Shown: in pieces, positions 59,001 through 64,000 of the stretch
Layout of the letters: every line of letters starts with the position of its first letter
How positions within the stretch are numbered: position 1 is the stretch's first letter
Sequence record: NC_019526.1
DNA: 64,000 nt
Reading direction: 5' to 3' (one strand)
Made by a program: the position numbers and the translations under genes
Notes under the pieces: generated by a model
What the model was told of the DNA's origin: nothing
Seen by the model: the letters and a program-made list of their open reading frames with translations, nothing else
The model's database searches: none

Positions 59001-60005
59001 CCCATTCCAGTACATAGTGGTATTTCCATAAACTTTACCACTTTTAATTAATACAACATCACCATCAAGTGGTTCACCACTTACACGTTCTGGTGTTTCT
59101 TCATCTGGGTCTAATGCTAAACCATAAACGCGAGTACCATCCTGCATTTGGTTGATGTATACTTTATAAATTCTGTTATTTTCACCACTGTTACCAATGC
59201 TGGTAAAAAGAATACGCATTCCGTCTAATGGGATTTGTCCATCAATACGAATACCCTGATTAATATCTTTTTGTACGATATCTTCTGGTTTTAATGAATC
59301 ACTTAGTAGATCCACCACACCACGGAACTGTGTACCAAAATTGATTAGTTCGATATCTTTGTTATATTCAATAATTGGTACTTGTGCACGTACAAAACGA
59401 TTATCATATGATAATTCATCATTCAGTACTGAACCATCTGGTAAAGTATCACCAATGGTATACCAGAAGTTTTGTAATGACCATAAGTTTCCGTTTTTAG
59501 CATTACGTTGCATTACAACATAATCAGGACTAGCGATACCATATTCATTTTCAGTATCCCAAAGATATGAACTAAAATTAATCATTTTATTTGGATTAAT
59601 TGGTGGAGTCCATGAATAAATTCTTGAATTAAACAGTCGGCTTTGATTATCAGTAATTGCACCATAATGATTCATATAAGAAACCAGATCATCATAGAAT
59701 TCAATACTACGAATACTTTGATCTACATTACGGGAGACATAAGCTGGAGATAACTGATATGCTTGGCGTGGTTGTGTTGATTCATTAACGAAAATCTTAC
59801 CACTCGCTGCTGGAGAACCCATATCACCAAGATACCCATCAACGATTTTTTGTTCAGTGGGATTAAAGAATTGTTGAATAACATCATCACATACCTTTTG
59901 GATATCTTCCAAGCCTTGCATCCATTCTGGTAATCTCTTAATGAACAACTTTTGTTGTACTGCTTCAGCCGTTTTTGTTGGTTGAAACTTAAAATCATTA
60001 GCCAT
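50037..60005 (-). CDS. giant virion protein, probable baseplate wedge (gp7-like position)
   Basis: about 3322-aa uninterrupted ORF downstream of gp6, GGAG RBS, TAAATA upstream; start 60005 preferred. Confidence 0.75.
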   Translation of the reverse strand: MANDFKFQPTKTAEAVQQKLFIKRLPEWMQGLEDIQKVCDDVIQQFFNPTEQKIVDGYLGDMGSPAASGKIFVNESTQPRQAYQLSPAYVSRNVDQSIRSIEFYDDLVSYMNHYGAITDNQSRLFNSRIYSWTPPINPNKMINFSSYLWDTENEYGIASPDYVVMQRNAKNGNLWSLQNFWYTIGDTLPDGSVLNDELSYDNRFVRAQVPIIEYNKDIELINFGTQFRGVVDLLSDSLKPEDIVQKDINQGIRIDGQIPLDGMRILFTSIGNSGENNRIYKVYINQMQDGTRVYGLALDPDEETPERVSGEPLDGDVVLIKSGKVYGNTTMYWNGHNWITTQKKNGTNAFPLFQLYDRNGVKLQDSTVYPSSTFSGSSLFGLKINYNYKVDSYYGYNVELGDYNYYIYENFIESTRYEYISSGETKEIPGFYYYNIIGDEDSVLKTDWVRSTEFSKQFVKQTPQVERTDMYRVFSTVYEMESFSSQAIDGMYAYVIETNATYQYYKEKSETYYDWHMVNTEGIQSELYNRSYELAQKVIDGSSDIIEIQVNGVVVEDYTRNVSNGKVQSITIGDSVDLDSESVIQIRTYSSTEVPDTDLGSYEIPVNLQNNPYSDNISYIDQSNYTLHFQEIVQKNITSGAVDNINNYEERLEQGLVDNAVGTKIIQNEGSLLPLMAHTANSDIDLFEALMFLQGEYLRFNNRFENYMLNMYKEDPSKFLSTSSSDICDTILSNINVGKDSTFAFYYDGVGSTTTTIRTFIPPTPQFMGVLKVHKPEKTVYLTAASKQVPYNIRHTGEITKSYRVINGVDKMDDVIYELENRIYNSIDNTFKDEDYQPELDSSDLFPTPYYRDTEYSAEERDELLLRGYINFIATNGIDSTTHNYDQQNWMTWNYSGTYYTVNGVITDFPARGSWRAIYTDQFGTYRPATHPWEMFGFGVRPTWWNQEYEPTEVQVGTNEDDILYVYESLVVNESGELVPSGLWDVNGVKGDASTGTILYGDRKGQHDKYKRFGTQPFVITKTGEYSTNGKEICTVDYIQPDVLGLVKGTIKERSAPWSYGDMGDNEFTYMNNAMFSYDVMMQIYRAKPAQFCNYFWDTLNDTLKTVKNGGLQLQYKETRTRLNFNSDTVVHGENNTRVLGYQMAVSNYLTYQSKNITSKYGDLVRTSYISIAHKLGGFTKSNELTFTSESFGLISQENQTIGLVRSNNIKNEVLSAVKITFNGSNYIIKGYDLVNATFTYKLPVKNGKKVTVTEGNRTVVHYMEWKEDDTLEYGSILNTFQDVYTFLCGYGQYLVEHGWIFEDVDDTGVQQDWSTIAKYFLQWSTTDLTIGDYISCTPSSKNAKFGTYFGSVQSISETNGGVWSLLDDDNSGIYPYEVETSRIGNVFTVRVNEDADKRMALVRLGVCSWEHAVVFDDKTIFGDSIYQPTFGSIQELVKMYGYITDNWVGRLQAPGFIILEAGTLPSFETLVTNFQHYYDSNDPVSDVQLYDLSTHVIGYQTRDYLQQMITNNPNRVDFYRGFIRDKGSNLVMERVLRVSKSYNTDEYKALQEWAFKVGTYGNVNAKKNLQFQLINSDFKQEPQLVTFNKDVNTSTSSTEIVYYGSQGEDSRWITRPKGKFRFPMRSGKSDNIHLPDIGPVNLNEVSYTTWTYQDSYEDRMNYIKNNGENPDSVWMFVDMNQEWNIFDLVDTGVSMLSITPIENTDTYAEQYCTVQLDAEAPLDDGDYYYFVDDTYFMPDALTVESQYFTAGDDKTKIVVPFDTSITINFTDPDTRPKLYKYTSRFSDTTERQAYIDKKYSFDVPDSTLFDRPSTYNSKTNITELYLNIFDPINGVLPGTAMKDVSYISPVDPAQYNSNGETLQAWGSEKVGQVWWDTSTAFYLDYTRPVLDENGDIDEDATNEYRRYNWGRLLPHSDINVLEWVKSPVQPYNWDKYCQEQTKNNKNNTMYIPSGTAIMDNYTSFIEYDETTDSYVTYYYFWVRDTIYVPPINTRSKSCTDIARIIKDPHLLDVPWFAPINENSFILSNMQYEITDDTSILTVSYHEDSVDIIKHEQYQLCKEGDSYNFNSDIWNSLWNSLKGHETTKSGVVNEIVYPGVELGLGSSKTWFMDLIEARRTFVDSANNYYKTQNIITDTVLMSEVFNVKTTEVNENSVTFRVLAYNNEFVVSTDFDKFDENDAVILSSTGVLPSPLDTTSVYFVHYDSNGYIRFMTTKSTDANPSTITLEGLGEGQHSMIKQSDYVESLGTSLDMTQYWEYADWYSDGYDENTDYTQEASLDIANTKNYQVGDVIRITDSDGWTMYVKTSSRNTVFWNAIGRQNSTIALNSSLYDGYEVYNSDGSLSNKEINVRSALDLIKNTFDLAQSNIVFDMVKYVHVEQGVVDWVFKTSYIYIVGLEQSLKQNYTNDELINQIIEYFNEVKPYRTKIRSQIEQKTSDTDYVYGVCNDLDPNGYEYNGTIWVKTQSDIWDHEYAEYNESTGQWVVVGSIPNDFVYPDRKFQEIDISMQFDNVQCQPDSDLYDVTSLEENNAKYVSNSDDNVQYYEIQRFKYTLPVVEVDEIYTQISVDMFELYSDFDTSLDLVDAINAWYKLNVDDAERTESFTSDLDRITSELYSTSNLTQDVRMYSQYNTLSNRLKLYSSMSSDVIHDTIGCGLSGEIYNDNPNTRLPFGFSSSSDFNMGYFEISEDLFTHYRELILEETPDADEETIRSVMEIEYGIYCFKYDIDSQGRYYKDAIHVLTAIRNTFDKDSDDPYAYAEDILNSNRKSMDIQAFVMIPRKYIRFNINGSYVSIPDDRSIDEYMEDLFITDGSVVTAVEIDMDDLEMDDNNPMYSDYMVVLEGIKGQKYYNDMNAYDNLGLESQYKTVALSYEGDLTESVFIDISELNPSANAISQMRFTVDGYSNDSTSLQQIKDFSRFQIEGFVVLNPYKRTEAIVSIPPYSLVQNYVNRTVIKKDSYNYISTIDSIISSTEFLMKNSNLNSGDKVMVFTPDGDDYYRYQNFTHELILSTDKIKENDRPIMFEVELNNGVYSLVDSNGNKLEFNNLTTNNTGEPYTKTSINVIRIRSFADHEFNNNGDLLYESIRNYRVDVMDYDVFYDISLNNGDYTDEIDPLDLDVWLISNELVETSDGVVDSGYFMPNTGVGTLDELVRIGTPESLEFTVYEYGVDDIKPVFDGVRWTYSYDLTDKVYIGDTTCTVTSVTKVENENTTYVVEPVSVGTYSVKDNIITGSTSYDDIIVLGYEKVHVRNNNNILRSDMYSAEHYFAKGETYTFTGINLGVELNFSVYKNYYKPIDVSVYANSLKIDGLVLNNLLNVI

Positions 60006-60055
60006 GTTTAGCTCCATAAATTCTTTCTTATATCATATGTTTTTATTTATTACAT

Positions 60056-60083
60056 AAAAAGGCGTCCACAGTGGACGCCTTAA
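60056..60083 (-). terminator. rho-independent terminator (minus strand)
   Basis: AGGCGTCC stem with A tract on the plus side, after the gp6 stop. Confidence 0.75.
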
Positions 60084-60084
60084 A

Positions 60085-63000
60085 TTATGAACCAATATTG
60101 ATATTAGTCTTAGCAAGGGATTTGACAATTTGTACATTATCAACTGTTGCAGTACTAATAAAAATCTGATCACTTTGAGATGGTATTTCAAATAAAGAAC
60201 CAAATTTAGAATCTGGATTTTGTGATACAATAACGATTGTACTAATATACCTACCTAAATTACTTTGAATATAAGTACACAAATCAGTATAATAAAAACT
60301 TTCACCAAAGTCCCAGTTGTCTATACTGAAGTATTCATTACAAAGAGAAATAACATTTTGTCTTATTTCATCATCACTCATAGTAGTATTTGGTAGTGGT
60401 ACCACTTTGAAATCAGCCCTGTATGATTCATCTGCACTATCACCAAATAAAGGAAGATATCTTGCACTGTGCCAAATTAAACTGTCACTGATTACACTCC
60501 TTAACTCAACATCGCTAAATGTTTGTTTAAGTTCAACTGAAGTTGGTGGTTTAGGAATAGTACCACTTGCACCATTCTTAATCCACAATTGTACTTCATC
60601 ATGATAAGATGTTGTTAATACATACATATCAATTAAGTTAGTTTTACTTGGATCTATGCGATTATCATCTGGTGCATAATGTTTCCAGTGGAAATATACA
60701 CCACTTCTTGCACCAACTTTAACATCGTATTGAGTACTTACATCATCATATCCATAATAACTGAGTTTTTGGTTTTCATCAACATCGGATGAACCGTTAT
60801 TCATAATAGCTCTATAAAACGCAGTTTCTGGTGTAATAGCCGAAGTATCATCAGATGAAGTCATATTTGTAATTAAATTATTAAGACGATCATTGTTATT
60901 TCCCACATTTTGTTCAATGAAGTAATAATTATCATTGTACGCAAATCCAATAACAAAACCTGAACCTTTATTGAACAAATCACTCAATAAGGTACTTCTG
61001 ATTTCCACGTTTCTGGTAAATTCTTTTCGTTTATATGCATTGGTTTCTGCTAATGCATCAGAATTAGTATATTTCCATGAAGAATCTAATAAAGTAAAAT
61101 CATCATCTGGTAAATTTAATGCTTCTACTGTGAAATCTTCATTTTGCTGGAATATCAAAATTGCACCATATTTTTTGAGATCAGTTGATTCCCAGTCCGG
61201 TACTATATTACTGAATTGATTTGGCTCAAGTGGGATACCATTGGTATCTATTTTAGTACTACTGATAACTACACGAGAACCATCTATATAACCATTATCC
61301 TGTTCAATATTATCAATAATCTGGAACTGGATATCACTAGACAGACCCAAATTACTGGTATCAGTAGTATTTGAACTTAAAATTGTTATTTTATCGTTCT
61401 GTACTGTACCACTGTTGATATCATTAATTTTATTTGGGTTAACAAAATAAAAACGAACTTTAGAACCACCAACGAAGATATATTCAATACCATTTGATTC
61501 AAAACTCCATGATTCAGATGTGTACTTGATATTAACCATTACTGGAACAGTAATACCCTGATATGAGATTTCTTCTTCATCAGTACTGATTTCAACTGGA
61601 ACCCAGCGTGAAATAGATGTATCATAAATGAGTACAAAATCAGTTTTTTTATCCAGTTCAGCGGAAATAGATTGAATTTCGACTGAATTGAAACTAATTC
61701 GATAAGGTTTGATATATTCCTGAATATACATAGATGAAGGAACAGTAGTACTTAAAATATAATATCCATTCTCAAGGACATTAGTGACACTACTCCATAT
61801 CGTCGTGTTTCCATCAGTGAATAAAATTAAAGTACCAACTTGGTAATCATACAAGGTCTTTCCTGTACTATCAAGTATTTTACCATATGTATTGTTTGTA
61901 TAATTTGAATTATATTCAGGAGTCCAGATATTTCTCAATTCAAGTGTGACAGTATTACTTGGATATGATTGATATTTCTGTATAACTGCATTTTCACCAA
62001 TTAATGGTTGGATACTATCAACTACTATACTTGCATTTGGTTTAGATGTTGGTAATGATACTGTATTTTTATAAGTAACTTTATCTTTATACATACTACC
62101 ATCATCACTGAATACATCAGTGTTTTGATATTTCCCGGTTGGGTCATTAATGTCAATGAATCGTGACTGACCACTATATATTCGGTTAATAGCTTTTGCT
62201 TTTTGAACCAAATTACCCTGACTTAATGGTGCAATATCATAATCCTCACCATTGACAAATCGGTTTTGGGTGTAATATAATTGTGGAGCACGAGCTTTAA
62301 TCTGTTCCAGAGTTTCAGCACTTTGTGCACGACTACTTTCGTACTGTAATGTAAATTTAACTTCAAGGATACTCTGTTCGTAGTTTGATTGTGCATTAGT
62401 TCTGTACTGATATTTTATACTTTTATTTTGGATATCAGTTGTTTTAATACTGTATGTCATCCCATTACTAACACGATACCACGTTCTGAATGTTCCACGT
62501 GGAACAACACCACTTCTTGAATCAGGAAACTTAATACTAATTTGATCATTATCACGCGTGGTTACAGCGAAAATAGTTTGTTTTTTTCTGTCTACACTGT
62601 TATAAGCAACACTTTCCATTGCAGGAACTTTAGTCCATTTGGTTCTTACTAAACCGTCCTGATTAATTTCTTGTACCCAAACATCTGTTTCATTAATATT
62701 ATTAACATTAATATCCTGTAAACGGTTTTCAATACTCACACTATAATCGAAGTCTTGTTTAGAAAGTGTGCCTTGTTTGAAATAAACGAAAAATCCAGTA
62801 TTGATTGAATTAAAACCATTACCATCATTCTGATAAATGATATATTTTTGTTCTTGTGGTTCAGGATGGCGTTCATCGACACCAGAAGAGCTAATATCAG
62901 GGTTTACTACTTCAAATTTCATACTTTCACCATTTACGTTTGCACTAAATGGGATAGCTGGTGATTGCATTTGATTAGTATTCATTTTATACAAATGAGT

Positions 63001-63549
63001 ACTCAACCCATTCACATTAGTTTTCTTAACTGGATTGCCAAACTGGTTGGTACTCACAAAAACATTGTTCATAACCAGAATAAAGTTCTCGTACCAGTTA
63101 GGATCAGTAGGGTCATTCCATCTAATCGTTTTATCTTTAAGTGATTTATTAAAACTATTTCGTACATCCTGGTTTGTTTTTATTTCAGTGACTTTAGCTA
63201 ATGCACGACCTGGATATGAACGTCTTGGAGCATAAGAGATCATTTTAGCAAGTTTAAGTACCGAAGCCCTGCGGGTTGCAGTATCCATAAAGTTTTCACG
63301 AGTGTTCATGTCCATACGAAATGCAAGGTTTTGACCAAGCATGGCAATCGTGTCCAGAATGAATAAAAATTCATCATTTGCAATCCAGTCATTGAATGTA
63401 TCAGGATAGTTAGTACTAAGATAGTCAACCATACTTTGACGTATACTATCGAAATCATATGAATTCAATGAAATTTGATAAAAACTTTCATATATTTGCG
63501 ACCAGTCTTCACCAGCGTATAAATTAGATTGTCTTCTTTGCTGAGACAT
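60085..63549 (-). CDS. baseplate wedge subunit (T4 gp6-like)
   Basis: RENFMDTATRRASVLKLAKMISYAPRR; ETLEQIKARAPQLYYTQNRFVNGEDY. Confidence 0.85.
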   Translation of the reverse strand: MSQQRRQSNLYAGEDWSQIYESFYQISLNSYDFDSIRQSMVDYLSTNYPDTFNDWIANDEFLFILDTIAMLGQNLAFRMDMNTRENFMDTATRRASVLKLAKMISYAPRRSYPGRALAKVTEIKTNQDVRNSFNKSLKDKTIRWNDPTDPNWYENFILVMNNVFVSTNQFGNPVKKTNVNGLSTHLYKMNTNQMQSPAIPFSANVNGESMKFEVVNPDISSSGVDERHPEPQEQKYIIYQNDGNGFNSINTGFFVYFKQGTLSKQDFDYSVSIENRLQDINVNNINETDVWVQEINQDGLVRTKWTKVPAMESVAYNSVDRKKQTIFAVTTRDNDQISIKFPDSRSGVVPRGTFRTWYRVSNGMTYSIKTTDIQNKSIKYQYRTNAQSNYEQSILEVKFTLQYESSRAQSAETLEQIKARAPQLYYTQNRFVNGEDYDIAPLSQGNLVQKAKAINRIYSGQSRFIDINDPTGKYQNTDVFSDDGSMYKDKVTYKNTVSLPTSKPNASIVVDSIQPLIGENAVIQKYQSYPSNTVTLELRNIWTPEYNSNYTNNTYGKILDSTGKTLYDYQVGTLILFTDGNTTIWSSVTNVLENGYYILSTTVPSSMYIQEYIKPYRISFNSVEIQSISAELDKKTDFVLIYDTSISRWVPVEISTDEEEISYQGITVPVMVNIKYTSESWSFESNGIEYIFVGGSKVRFYFVNPNKINDINSGTVQNDKITILSSNTTDTSNLGLSSDIQFQIIDNIEQDNGYIDGSRVVISSTKIDTNGIPLEPNQFSNIVPDWESTDLKKYGAILIFQQNEDFTVEALNLPDDDFTLLDSSWKYTNSDALAETNAYKRKEFTRNVEIRSTLLSDLFNKGSGFVIGFAYNDNYYFIEQNVGNNNDRLNNLITNMTSSDDTSAITPETAFYRAIMNNGSSDVDENQKLSYYGYDDVSTQYDVKVGARSGVYFHWKHYAPDDNRIDPSKTNLIDMYVLTTSYHDEVQLWIKNGASGTIPKPPTSVELKQTFSDVELRSVISDSLIWHSARYLPLFGDSADESYRADFKVVPLPNTTMSDDEIRQNVISLCNEYFSIDNWDFGESFYYTDLCTYIQSNLGRYISTIVIVSQNPDSKFGSLFEIPSQSDQIFISTATVDNVQIVKSLAKTNINIGS

Positions 63550-63751
63550 ATATGTTATTCCTTTAAAATTATGTTGAATGTATTTTTAAAGTGCTGTATA
63601 AGTACTGAAATATGATTTTCATCATATCTAATTCTCAATAGTCATTCTTTATACACGTAATTATGTTTTCTAATGATTCATTATTACTTTGGTATTGTAA
63701 ATTGATTCATTTAACCATATAAAATACTATCCAGTACTATATTCTATGAAG

Positions 63752-63763
63752 ATATTTATAAAA
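63752..63763. promoter_or_regulatory. palindromic late-promoter element TATTTATAAATA
   Basis: TAAATA on both strands upstream of gp6. Confidence 0.55.
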
Positions 63764-63766
63764 TAA

Positions 63767-63791
63767 TAAAGGCTCCATATCGGAGCCTTTA
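63767..63791 (-). terminator. terminator hairpin
   Basis: TAAAGGCTCC-atatc-GGAGCCTTTA. Confidence 0.7.
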
Positions 63792-63797
63792 ATGTTA

Positions 63798-64000
63798 TTA
63801 TGAAACAACATAAGATGACATTTTATCAGTGTTTCTGTTATCAAATACCATACGAAGAGTTTCAACTGAATTTAGAATTACATACTTCAGTTGTAATTCA
63901 ACTACATAACCGTAATCAATTTTTTCGGCTGCAATATTCAATAGTTCAACTCTTGGTTCTTCATACACAATTCTCCTACAGTCAGCTTCAATAAGATTGA
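63798..64000 (-). CDS. baseplate wedge gp25-like protein (C-terminal part, 5' end outside window)
   Basis: my minus-strand translation: ...NLIEADCRRIVYEEPRVELLNIAAEK...VELQLKY...; EPRV is the gp25 signature. Confidence 0.75.
   Translation of the reverse strand, partial: NLIEADCRRIVYEEPRVELLNIAAEKIDYGYVVELQLKYVILNSVETLRMVFDNRNTDKMSSYVVS

Noticed and set aside
63800-63994. Plus-strand 64-aa ORF in the track
   Set aside because: Shadow of the minus-strand gp25-like gene, which has a recognisable motif.

Overview
AT-rich (about 30% GC by eye) segment of a T4-related jumbo myovirus genome, most similar in gene content to the RaK2/GAP32/121Q-type phages of Gram-negative enteric hosts (inferred, no database search). 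Positions 1-18.8 kb hold a plus-strand accessory region: small hypotheticals, an RlaP-like nucleotidyltransferase, a 2OG-Fe(II) oxygenase, an ACP-like protein, a spanin pair, an HNH nuclease, a Dps-like protein, thymidine kinase, a 2H phosphoesterase, a LysM-lysozyme, a CCA-adding enzyme, NUDIX, glutaredoxin, a macrodomain and a PTH2-fold protein. Positions 18.8-32.8 kb hold neck, sheath, tube and head-completion genes, interrupted by a repeat-bearing endonuclease and dNMP kinase. Positions 33-38.7 kb hold a MoxR-VWA pair, MazG-like and SLOG proteins and thyA. Positions 38.7-64 kb are mostly minus-strand virion genes (gp15, gp14, a 3.3k-aa baseplate protein, gp6, gp25) with a divergent clpA cassette. 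No tRNA, CRISPR array, intron or reverse transcriptase was recognised. The strongest unexplained signals are: (1) roughly 10-fold over-representation of the palindrome AGTACT in all reading frames and in intergenic DNA; (2) a promoter-led, densely stem-forming non-coding stretch of about 500 nt at 6.8-7.3 kb, followed by an origin-like hairpin cluster; (3) a terminator/antiterminator switch in the lysozyme leader; (4) recurrent RBS-sequestering hairpins around late promoters; (5) several host-like folds that have lost catalytic residues (ACP Ser to Thr, PTH2, MazG-like) and may be decoys. All counts and pairings were done by eye.
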